A stretch of DNA of 64,000 nt, taken from NCBI RefSeq assembly GCF_009914755.1, contig NC_060936.1; one strand, 5' to 3'. A program made the position numbers and the translations under genes. The DNA comes from the human T2T-CHM13v2.0 reference genome, Homo sapiens. The notes under the pieces were generated by a model. The model did no database searches, was not told the DNA's origin, and saw only the letters and a program-made list of their open reading frames with translations. Below, one piece after another: positions 38,745 to 50,106 of this stretch (the first letter of the stretch is position 1; each line of letters opens with the position of its first letter).

Positions 38745-41423
38745 GTAAGTGAACGCTCGCCTTCCGGGGCCTGGGTCTTGGGGTCGGGGCCGCGCGAGGC
38801 GAGCGGAGAGCGCCCCACCGGGGGAGGAGCGCGGACGAGCTTCCGCGCCTGCAGCCCGCCTGCTGCGGCCTCGCCCTTGGCTGTCGCAGCGACCAGGAGT
38901 CAGGGGGCGTGACCAACCTCCTGCGGGAACGGAGCCAGCTCCCGGGGGTGGGAGTGCCCACTCGTTCCTGCGCTCGCCGGTGGGTACCGGTATCTGCACG
39001 TCCCAGAATCGAGTGTTTTCGAAAGTCTACGCCCACGAACACGTGATTATTGTGTCACCGAAGCGCCTACCGAACGGAGACCTTGATTCTTGCTTAGATT
39101 ACACAGAACGCGCCTGGTTTATGTATCCCCTTTTACTTTGCCAAGTACATTGGGGTAAAAGCTCTACAGCGTCTGCCAGCCACATTTCCTTAGAGTTTCT
39201 TGGGCCACATGTTGCAATAAAAGTGGCATTTCAGGGTCAAGGCAGGAGCCAGTAACTTTGCCAAGTGGTGAGGTATCCTTCGTCCCCGTTAGCACGCCTC
39301 CCTTTCCCAACAATAAAGATATTTTCTCCATCTGCGCGTGTCGCCTACTGCGGAGGAAAGCTTTGGACATGAAACCTATTTTTGGCTTCACTTTAAGGAG
39401 TGGAACTCTATTAAAAGCTGCGCTGGTGTTTTTTTGGTAGGATGATGTTGCTGCTGCTACTCTCACTTGCTTCCTTGATGAGAGTTGGGGCAGAGCTCGA
39501 TTTCCTGGAGGGTAAAGTCTTGGCCACAATTTTAGGTGACTCAGCGGCCCCTTATGAATTCTGACTCTTTCCTTCCCTCCCCTCTCAGCTGTGCGGATAC
39601 TGATGCCACCTTTCTCTCCAAATATTAATCCGGGTGGGAGTTGGATGATGGTTTTTGGAAGCAGTTTGCATGTTGCGTGGTGGAGTTATTGGAGTGGGCT
39701 GACATTTTACTTCACAATTTAAGGCAACCCTTCCCCCCCCACAATATTTAGTTGGGTGGGGTGACAGGGACTGACAACAAATTCGCTGTTGTGTTCCCTG
39801 CTGTCGGAGAGTTCTACACTTAATGATCACCTGATTGCCCTCTGCTACAATTTCTATTGCGTTGAGGGGATTGGTTATACTGTCTGTACCTATTAGGTAA
39901 ATGTAGTAAGGGTCATGCCAGGCAGAGTGCACCTGCATGGTGTTGGCTAACCAGTAAACTGTGTGGTAGAGAATTGCCCTGGTTACGAAGTTTGGTATCC
40001 TCCAGGCTGCCTAGGAGGGTGTTCTGTGGGCTGGGAAATCTTATGAACTGGTTTCCTAGCAACAGTATAAGCCCAATGGAATAAACATAAAGAAAACAAA
40101 GTGATGAAAGTTACAACTTACCTCTTAACTTTTATTAAATGGAAAAATGTAGCTTCTTATTGGAGTGATCCACTCAAAACTTCTGAGACATTTTTGTTTA
40201 TTTTGATCATCTTAGTACTTAATAACACACAAAAGAAACTGCAGAAAATCATCCTAGAGGGACATCACTTTGGTTTTGGGTGGCATTAAAATAGAGAAAA
40301 AAGACGTTTAAAAATGAGCTTGTCTGGAGCTTAAATGGACAAACAGGAATTTGGTGTAATAGGCATTTTATGTTGTACTCTTATCTATATGTGTCAGATG
40401 TATGCATTACATATGATTGTTATGAATGAAGATAGTAGAAGACGGAGTGGGAGTGGAGTAGAGTGGATGGATGGATAAGACTGGTTCCATTAAGTAAAAT
40501 GGAAGGGGAGTGTTTTAGATAAGTTGTTCCCAAACTGTAGGTCATAATTACAGCACTCCTTTATCAACCTGTTCCTTGTGATTTTTAATCTTCCTTGAAA
40601 GTTTATCAAATATTCTTATTTTCTGTCCAAACAATGAGAACTTAATTGAAAAAGGCATCTCTCTTTGGATTAACTCTTGGTGTTTATGTATATCTGTTTC
40701 TTATTTACTAACGATAAATTAATATTTTAGATTTCCAGTATTTTAAGGATTTTTGGTCTCCTTACTGTTCCTCCCTGCCCTATTCCCATACCCAGTAAGT
40801 TTGGTTTAGCTCATTTAAATTGATGCATATTTTTAAAAAGGGCATATGTTGCTTTTTTTAAAAAAAATCAAGTTTTATTGAGGTATGATTTATAAGTAAA
40901 AAAGTAATTTTTATTATATTGCTGTATAAAGTCTGACAAATGCATATAATGGAACCACTGCCACAATCCAGACAAATAATATTCCCATCATTCTAAAAAG
41001 TTTCCTCCCCTCACTCATAGGTCCTAGCAACCACTGATCTGTTCTCTGTCCCTATCTATAGCTTTGTCTTTTCTGGTATGTTATGTAAATGGAATCATAC
41101 AGTATGTAGCCTTATGTTTCAGGTTTCTTTCACTTAATGCTTTGATTCATCCATGTTGATGCATGTTTGTTGATGCTTGGTTGTTTTTTACAGCTGAGTA
41201 GTATTTCATTGTGTGAATATATCATAGTATGTTTATTCGCCATTTGATGAACAATTTTTGGCATTTAGGAATGAAGGTACTATAAACATTCATGTGCTGT
41301 TCTTTGTACATTAAGGTGCAAGTCTTTGTGTAGACATATGTTTTCATTTCTTTTGGTTACACATCTAGGAATGGAATTCTTGGGCCGTGTGCAAGTGCAT
41401 GTTTAACCTTAAAAGAAATTACC

Positions 41424-41723
41424 AGCCGGGCGCAGTGGCTCAGACTTGTAATCCCAGCACTTTGGGAGGCCGAGGTGGGCAGCTCACGAGGTCAGGAGAT
41501 CGAGACCATCCTGGTCAACATGGTGAAACTCCGTTTCTACTAAAAATACAAAAATTAGCTGGGCGTGGTTGCGGGTGCCTGTAATCCCAGCTACTCAGGA
41601 GGCTGAGGCAGGAGAACTGCTTGAACCAGGGAGTCAGAGGTTACAGTGAGCTGAGATCGTGCCACTGCACTCCAGCCTGGTGATAGAGTGAAACTCCGTC
41701 TCAAAAACAAAAAAAAAAAAGAA
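41424..41723 (+). mobile_element. AluSc-like
   Basis: cacgaggtcaggagatcgagaccatcctggtcaacatgg; TSD gaaattacc. Confidence 0.93.
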
Positions 41724-42338
41724 GGAAATTACCAAACTGTTTTCCAAGGTAGCTGTTTCATTTTGCATTCCCGCAAGTGATGTTTGATGTTCCAGTTGCT
41801 CCACATTCTGGTCAGCACTTGTCATTTTATTTTTAATGTTAGCTATTCTAATATGCGTTTAGTGAAAACCCATTTATGTTTTAATTTGAATTTTTCTTCT
41901 AACATATTGAGCGTCTTTTCCTGTGCTATTATTTGCCATCTGTGTATCTTCTTTGATTAAGTGCTGAAATCGTTTGTTCATTTTTAATAGGGTTGTTTGT
42001 TATTGGTTTGCAAGTGTTTTATACAGTCTGGATACAAATTCATTATCGTATATATGTTCACAGCATTTCCTTCGAGTCTGAGTCTGTAGTTTGTCCTTTC
42101 ATTTTCTTAACAGTATCTTTCAAAGAGCAGAAGTTTTAAATTTTGGTGAAGTCCAGTTTATCAGTTTTTTCTCTTATGATTTGTGCTTTTTTATCATGAG
42201 AAATTTTGCCTAATCCAACGTTGCAAAGATTTTTTTCTTATGTTTTCTTCCAGAACTTTTATAGCTTTAAATTTTAGATTTAGGTCTGTGACCAATTTCG
42301 AGTTAATTTTTGCATATAGTGTGAGGTAGGGGTCAAGA

Positions 42339-42374
42339 CTCTCTCTCTCTCTTTCTCTCTCTCTGTGTGTGTGT
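42339..42374 (+). repeat. (CT)n(GT)n compound microsatellite
   Basis: Direct observation. Confidence 0.85.
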
Positions 42375-42424
42375 ATGGATGCCCCAGTCTTGCAGCACCA
42401 TCTCTTGAAAAAGACTATTCTTAC

Positions 42425-43512
42425 TGTCTCCAGAATTGGTTCCTTCCAGTGGGTTCTTGGTCTTGCTGACCTCAAGAATGAAGGCACGGACCCTCGCAGT
42501 GAGTGTTACAGTTCTTAAAGATGGTGTGTCCGGAGTTTGTTCCTTCAGATGTTCAGATGTGTCTGGAGTTTCTTCCTTCTGGTGGGTCCATGGTCTTGCC
42601 GACTTCAGGAGCAAAGCCACAGACCTTTGCAGTGAGTGTTACAGCTCTTAAAGGTGGCGCATCCGAAATTGTTCATTCCTCCTGGTGGGTTTGTGGCCTT
42701 GCTGGCTTCAGGAGTGAAGCTGCATCCGAAATTGTTCATTCCTCCTGGTGGGTTTGTGGCCTTGCTGGCTTCAGGAGTGAAGCTGCAGACCTTTGCGGTG
42801 AGTGTTACAGCTCATAGAGGTGGCGTGTCCTGAGTTGTTTGATCCTCCCAGTGGGTTTGTGGTCTCGCTGGCCTCAGGAGTGAAGCTGTAGACCTTTGTG
42901 GTGGGTGTTGCAGCTCATTGTTATAGCTCGTAAAGGTGGTGTGTCCGGAGTTGTTCGTTCTTCCTGGTGGGTTCGTGGTCTCGCTGGCTTCAGGAGTGAA
43001 GCTGCATACCTTCACTGTGAGTGTTACAGCTCATAAAGATAGTGCGGACCCAAAGAGTGAGCAGCAGCAAGATTTATTGCGAACAGTGAAAGAACAAAGC
43101 TTCCACAGCATGGAAGGGGACCCGAAGGGGTTGCTGCTGCTGGCTCGGGTGGCCTGCTTTTATTCCCTTATTTGGCCCCACTCACATCCTGCAGATTGGT
43201 CCATTTACAGAGAGCTGATTGGTCCATTTTACAGAGTGCTGATTGGTCCGTTTTGACAGAGTGTTGATTGGTGCGTTTACAAACCTTTAGCTAGACACAG
43301 AGCGCTGATTGGTGCATTTACAATCCTTTAGCTACACAGAAAAGTTCTCCAAGTCCCCTACCCGATTAGCTAGACACAGAGTGCTGATTGGTGCGTTTAC
43401 AAACCGTTAGCTAGACACAGACTCTGATTGGTGCATTTACAATCCTTTAGCTAGATAGAAAAGTTCTCCAAGTCCCCACCTGACCCAGAAGCCCAGCCGG
43501 CTTCACCTCTCA
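42425..43512 (-). mobile_element. LTR12-family (ERV9) solo LTR, antisense to the host gene
   Basis: Minus strand starts tgagaggtgaagccggctggg; tandem CCAAT repeats (gattgg at ~43194-43430); AATAAAAG TATA-like box ~43157-64; U5 tandem repeats (ggagtgaagctgcagacc); TSD ttac/ttac. Confidence 0.95.
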
Positions 43513-43896
43513 TTACTATCTTTTTCTTCATTAAATTTCTTTGGCTTGCCTTGTCAAAAATCAATTGACTATGTTTGTGTGGTTTGCTTTGTGGACTCTA
43601 TTTTGTTCCATTGTTCTGTGCGTCTGTTTGGCTAAAACCTCAGTCCTTATTGTGGTAGCGTTATAGTGTATCTTGAAGTCAAAAAGCCTGAGTCCTCCAA
43701 CTTTGTTGTTGTTTGTCAAAAATTTTTGAGTATTCGAGTTCTTTTTCTTTCCATGTACATTTTAGAATCTCTTTATTTCTATATAAAAGCATTGTGGAAT
43801 TTTTAGTATGATTGCATTGAAGTTATGGATCCATTTGGGGAGAACTGACATCTTAAAAATGTTGTTTTCTAATCCATTAATAAAATACCTTTCCTG

Positions 43897-44204
<308 letters not shown>

Positions 44205-45589
44205 CTACGTTTATTTGGTCTTTGATTTCTCTCTCTGTTTTTAAGCTTTCCGCATAAAAATGTTGCACATATTTTGTTACGTTTGTATCTAAATGTTTTA
44301 TGTTGTTTGGTTCTGTTGTAAACAGTAACCTTTAAAAATTTTTAAATTTCCAATTACTTATGTAAGTGAATCAGTATTTTAATATTGATCTTGAATTTTT
44401 GAATTTTACAACCTTGTTAAACTCAACGAGTTCGTTCTAGTAGCGTTTGTAGCTACTGCTGTCTGCTGGTAGAGACAGCTTTATTTCACATTTTCTCATT
44501 TGTTTGCCTTTTATTTTGTTTTCTTGTCTCTTTGCACTGGCTAGGACCTCTACTAATGTTAACTAGAACAAGTCAGATCAGCACAGATATCCTTGCATTG
44601 CTCTTCATCTTAGTAGAGAAGGTATACAGTCTTTTACCATTGAGTAGTTAGCTGTAAGTTTTTTGTGGATATCATTTTGACCCAGCCAAGGAAGTTCTCT
44701 TTAACTCCTGCTTAGAGCTTTAAAATTTAATCACAAATGAATGTTATATTGCTTTTTTTGATTGTGAACATGATAGTTGATTACAGTAGAAAGTTGGAAA
44801 TAAAGGAAGACTATAAAAAAAGTTACCCTATTTTCAGTAATCTGAGGTAACTGCTGCAAACATTGTGGTGGCTTTTCTTTCAGTCTTTTCTTTTGCAAAT
44901 ATATTTTAAAAACAAAATTGTTAATATTGTTTTATATTTTGCCCTTTTCACTCAGAATCACATTGGGAGTACTTGCATCATGAATTATTTTGAAAACTTG
45001 ATTTGTAATGGTTATGGGTTATTGTGTTATATGGATATGCCCATCATTTAATGATTTTCTTATTGTTAAATAGTAAAATTGTATTTCAGTTTTCCCTGTT
45101 GAAATTAACATTAAATATTTGTGCTTAACTCTGATAATTTTTCAAAGTAATTTATAAAAATATGATTATCACTCAAAGTATATACATTTTTTTTTCAGGT
45201 TCTTATATCCACTGCCTCTGTTTGGTGCTCTTGAAATTTGTTCTTTAGGCTATTTATTGTAAGAAATTTGGGGTCAGTATCATTGGATTTTTGGGCATCA
45301 CCTTAAGGTAGAATCTTTGAATTTCAGAAACAGAGTTCCTTAGAGATCGGTCTAGTTCAAACCGTTTTTTAAGCGGTTTAGAGTCTGTAATCATTAAATA
45401 ACTTTTCTGCCTATACTATTTTGTTTCCACTGATCTATACAGAATTACTGATGAATTACGTATAATGTAATATACCACCTGTGCTCTTCTTTTGATAAGA
45501 ATTATAGAAATCTTTGTGCCTAACATCATGTAAAACCCTTTATGTATGTTGTTTTATTGAATTCCAACTGCTACTTTTTGGTAGTAACA

Positions 45590-45720
45590 TTTTTTTCCAT
45601 TTCATAGACAAAGGAAACTGTCTCCAAGTGAGCAAACTTACCTAAGGTTGTATTAATAGTAAGTGGTAGAGCTTGAGTTTGTTCACAAGTCTTCCTGAAT
45701 CTGTGCTTTTATTCGTAGGC
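45590..45720 (-). mobile_element. MIR SINE
   Basis: ccatttcatagacaaaggaaactg..cttacctaaggt..agtaagtggtagagc. Confidence 0.65.
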
Positions 45721-47003
45721 TATACTATGAGTATTATGTTATTTTAGGTATTTTGTATATATTATGTTTATTTTGAATATATTAATTTTAATGCTAACAA
45801 TAAATTTACTAAGCAGATTAGCAAATTAGCATGAGATGTTATCAGTACTTCTGAAATGTTTGTCCAAATTTATATCCTCTTAAGTCTATTCTTATTTTCT
45901 AAGTGGCGTAAAGATTATTGTTGGCTATATGCCATACAATTTTACTTAAATAATTAGGATCATATTTACTGTGACTAGTAGAGGATACAACAATTTATTT
46001 ATTTTGAAATGTGAAGAATTTTGTAACTATAGGTTTAATAAATGGGGATAAAAAATAATGTTAATTACTTTATAAAATGGGCTCTGTTATAATTCTGGTA
46101 AAACAATTTGTTTTCCTTAGAAGGATATGTACATTTTGGTATTTACATTTCAACATGGACTATGTGAATGAAATAATTAGTTTGTGAAGTATGAAATCAC
46201 TTTTTCCTTGTATTCAGAGAAGGTTGGCTTTTCTGTGTCTACCACCTCCTATGTTTTTTATTATGTTCAGCCCTGTGGTTAAAGAGTAGGTCTACATAGT
46301 CATTTTAAAAAGCTGCTTACATTTTATATTATGAGAATTCAGAACTTCTGCAATTGTAGTAAAGACAGTGCTGCAGTGTTATGTAAGATCCATTAATCTA
46401 TGAATATGCTTCACTGACAGATGGGCTTATATGAATATTATTTAAAAACTACATGCTTAGACATCAGTAAAAGATAGTGATTAAAGATGAGATTAAGTAT
46501 CATTTTAATTATGAATTTTATACAGACAACTTAAAATTAGGTTAGACCTTTTGCTTAGTTTGCCAAAATTGGGCATGAAAAACAAAATAAGCCTGTGAAA
46601 GCTGAATGACATTAAATGGGCCACCCTGAATCAGAAGACAAGTGGCAATGAATACCTATTTTCCATTTTGCTGAATGAGAAGAATGTTTAATAAATGGTG
46701 ATAGTTTTCATGAGATATTTAGATATTTTAAGTTTTATCTCTTGTTGGTTATGCAGAAGAGATTTATTTCTCTTTTTATTCAGTCTAGCAATTTCTGACT
46801 TATGAGTGGAGTGTTGAATCCATTTACAATTAATGTATTTACTAATGCTTAAGGTAGTATTTATGTCTGTCATTTTGCTATTTTTTCTGTATATCAAGTA
46901 ATTTTTTGTCATTCCTTAATTACTACATTATTGCTTTCTCTGCCTTTTTTTGTATTAAGTATATATTTTCTAATGTACCATTTTAATTTCCTTGATGTTT
47001 CTC

Positions 47004-47288
47004 TTTTTTTTTTTTAAGAGACAGAATCGCCTAAGCTGAAGTGTAGTGGCACCATCATAGCTCACTGCAGCCTCCAGCTCCTTGGCTCAAGTGATTCTCC
47101 TGCCTGAGCCTCCCTAGTAGCTAGGACTACAGGTGTGTGCCACGATGCTTGGATAATTTTTTTATTTTTTGTAGAGACAGGTTCTTAGTCTGTTGCCTGG
47201 GCTGGTCTTGAACTCCTGGCCGCAAGTGATCCTCTTACCTTGGCCTTCCAAGTGCTGGGAATACAGTTGTGAGCCACTGCACCCGGCC
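47004..47288 (-). mobile_element. AluJ (Jo/Jr-like)
   Basis: catagctcactgcagcctc, ggctcaagtgat; TSD ttga(t/c)gtttct. Confidence 0.92.
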
Positions 47289-48352
47289 TTGACGTTTCTT
47301 TTACTAAATATTTTTTGAGTTCTCAGTGGTTGCCCTGGGACTTACAAATAGTACCTTATTTTATAACAATCTATATTAATTAATACTAACTAAGTTTAAG
47401 TTTACAAATTTTGTTCCTATATATTCCCTCCCCTTCCTTCATGCTATTATTGCATAAGTTACATCTTTCTACATTAATACAGTATCCATTAACACTGATT
47501 TATAATTCTTGATTTATGCAGCTGTCTTTTCAATCACATAGGAGAAAAGAGCCACAACCAAACATACATTTATATTTTCTTTTATATTTACCTATGTAGT
47601 TATCTTTACCAGTGTTCTTAATTTCTTTATGTAGATTCAAGTATACTGTCTCTTGTCCTTTCAGTTCAGCCTGAGAGACCCAGGTTAGTATTTCTCATAG
47701 ATAAGATGTGCTAGCATACATTCTCTTTGGTTTTGTTTATCTGAGAAAGTCATAATTTCTTCATATTCAAAGAATAGTTTTGCTAGAATTAGAATTCTTA
47801 GTTGGCAGTCTTTTTCTTTTAGGAATTTGAATGTATCTTTCCACTGCCTCTGGCCTCCGTGGTTTTTAATGAGAAATCAGATAGGAAATCTTTTTGACGA
47901 TTCCCTATTTTTGATGAGTTGCTTCTCTCTTGTTGCTTTCAGTATTCTCTCTTTATGTTTCGAAAGTTTGGTTATGATGTGTTACAGTGTGGATCTCTTG
48001 AATTTTATCCTACTTTGAGTTTATTGAGCTTCTTAGATGTATAGATTAATGCTTTTCATCAAATTAGAGAAGTTTCCTTGTATCGTTTCTTCAAATATTC
48101 TTTCTGTTCCTTCCTTTTTCTCCTCTTTTTCTGGTTCTCTCATTATGCATATGTTGGTATGCTTGATGGTTTCCTATAGGTCTTTGATGCTCTGTTTATT
48201 TTTCTTCATTCTTTTTTCATTCTGTTCCTTAGCCTGGATAATCTCAATTGACCTATCTTCAAGTTCACTGATTTTTGTGCCAGCTCAAATGTGCAGTTGA
48301 ACTCTTCTAGTGAATTTTTTTTTTTTTTGAGTGGTAGCTTTTCTATGTTTCT

Positions 48353-50106
48353 TTTTATTTATTTATTTATTTATTTTTATTGATTATTCTTGGGTGTTTC
48401 TCGCAGAGGGGGATTTGGCAGGGTCATAGGACAATAGTGGAGGGAAGGTCAGCAGATAAACAAGTGAACAAAGGTCTCTGGTTTTCCTAGGCAGAGGACC
48501 CTGCGGCCTTCCGCAGTGTTTGTGTTCCTGGGTACTTGAGATTAGGGAGTGGTGATGACTCTTAACGAGCATGCTGCCTTCAAGCATCTGTTTAACAAAG
48601 CACATCTTGCACCGCCCTTAATCCATTTAACCCTCAGTGGACACAGCACATGATTCAGAGAGCACAGGGTTGGGGGTAAGGTCACAGATCAACAGGATAA
48701 GAATTTTTCTTAGTACAGAACAAAATGAAAAGTCTCCCATGTCTACCTCTTTCTACACAGACACAGCAACCATCCGATTTCTCAATCTTTTCCCCACCTT
48801 TCCCCCCTTCCTATTACACAAAACCGCCATTGTCATCATGGCCGGTTCTCAATGAGCTGTTGGGTACACCTCCCAGACGGGGTGGTGGCCGGGCAGAGGG
48901 GCTCCTCACTTCCCAGTAGGGGCGGCTGGGCAGAGGCGCCCCTCACCTCCCGGACAGGGCGGCTGGCCGGGCGGGGGGCTGACCCCGCCACCTCCCTTCC
49001 GGACGGGGCGGCTGGCCGGGCAGGGGGCTGACCCCCCCACCTCCCTCCCGGACGGGGCGGCTGGCCGGGCGGGGGGCTGACCCCCCCCACCTCCTTCCCG
49101 GACGGGGCGGCTGGCCGGGCAGAGGGGCTCCTCACTTCCCAGTAGAGGCGGCAGGGCAGAGGCGCCCCTCACCTCCTGGACAGGGCGGCTGGCCGGGCAG
49201 GGGGCTGACCCCCACCTCCCTCCCGGACGGGGTGGCTGCTGGGCGGAGACGCTCCTCACTTCCCAGACGGGGTGACTGCCGGGCGGAGGGGCTCCTCACT
49301 TCTCAGACGGGGCGGCTGCAGGGCGGAGGGGCTCCTCACTTCTCAGACGGGCGGTTGCCAGGCGGAGGGTCTCCTCACTTCTCAGACGGGGCGGCCGGGC
49401 AGAGACGCTCCTCACCTCCCAGACGGGGTCGCGGCCAGGTAGAGGCGCTCCTCACATCCCAGGCGGGGCGGCGGGGCAGAGGCTCTCCCCACATCTCAGA
49501 CGATGGGCGGCCGGGCAGAGACGCTCCTCACTTTCTAGATGGGATGGCGACCGGGAAGAGGTGCTCGTCACTTCCTAGATGGGATGGCGGCCGGGCAGAG
49601 ACGCTCCTCACTTTCCAGACTGGGCAGCCAGGCAGAGGAGCTCCTCACGTCCCAGGCGATGGGCGGCCAGGCAGAGATGCTCCTCACTTCCCAGACGGGG
49701 TGGCGGCCGGGCAGAGGCTGCAATCTGGGCACTTTGGGAGGCCAAGGCAGGCGGCTGGGAGGTGGAGGTTGTAGCGAGCCGAGATCACGCCACTGCACTC
49801 CAGCCTGGGCACCATTGAGCACTGAGTGAACCAGACTCCGTCTGCAATCCCGGCACCCCGGGAGGCCGAGGCTGGCGGATCACTCGCGGCTAGGAGCTGG
49901 AGACCAGCCCGGCCAACACAGCGAAACCCCGTCTCCACCAAAAAAATACGAAAACCAGTGAGGCGTGGCGTCGCGCGCCTGCAATTGCAGGCACTGGGCA
50001 GGCTGAGGCAGGAGAATCAGGCAGGGAGGTTGCAGTGAGCCGAGATGGCAGCAGTACAGTCCAGCTTCGGCTCGGCATCGGGAGAGGGAGAGGGAGAGGG
50101 AGAGGG
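48353..50106 (-). mobile_element. SVA retrotransposon (SVA_D-like), near full length, antisense to the host gene
   Basis: On minus: (CCCTCT)4-5 hexamer 50080-50106, Alu-like domain ~49715-50079, GC-rich VNTR ~48867-49715, SINE-R ~48380-48866, (TAAA)n tail; TSD ttttctat(g/a)tttct at 48339-52 and 50107-20. Confidence 0.97.

Larger units (their letters stand above)
38420..39400. promoter_or_regulatory. CpG island promoter
   Basis: Only non-repeat GC- and CpG-dense segment in the window; no TATA box seen. Confidence 0.92.

Noticed and set aside
38386-39255. Long ORFs over the CpG island (218, 168, 134, 124 aa)
   Set aside because: Non-ATG starts, low-complexity R/P/G/A composition from GC-rich DNA, overlap on both strands, run through the splice donor, no recognisable domain
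42440-43480. Regularly spaced repeats resembling an array
   Set aside because: These are LTR12 U5 and U3 tandem repeats
45185-45313. Possible cassette exon (T9-CAG acceptor at 45198, AAG|GTAGAA donor at 45307)
   Set aside because: Weak donor, no coding signal; such acceptors are common by chance in T-rich introns
48384-50078. Cluster of overlapping ORFs and CpG-rich tandem units (CRISPR-like or second CpG island)
   Set aside because: Explained by the SVA VNTR and Alu-like domain; no unique spacers; eukaryotic DNA
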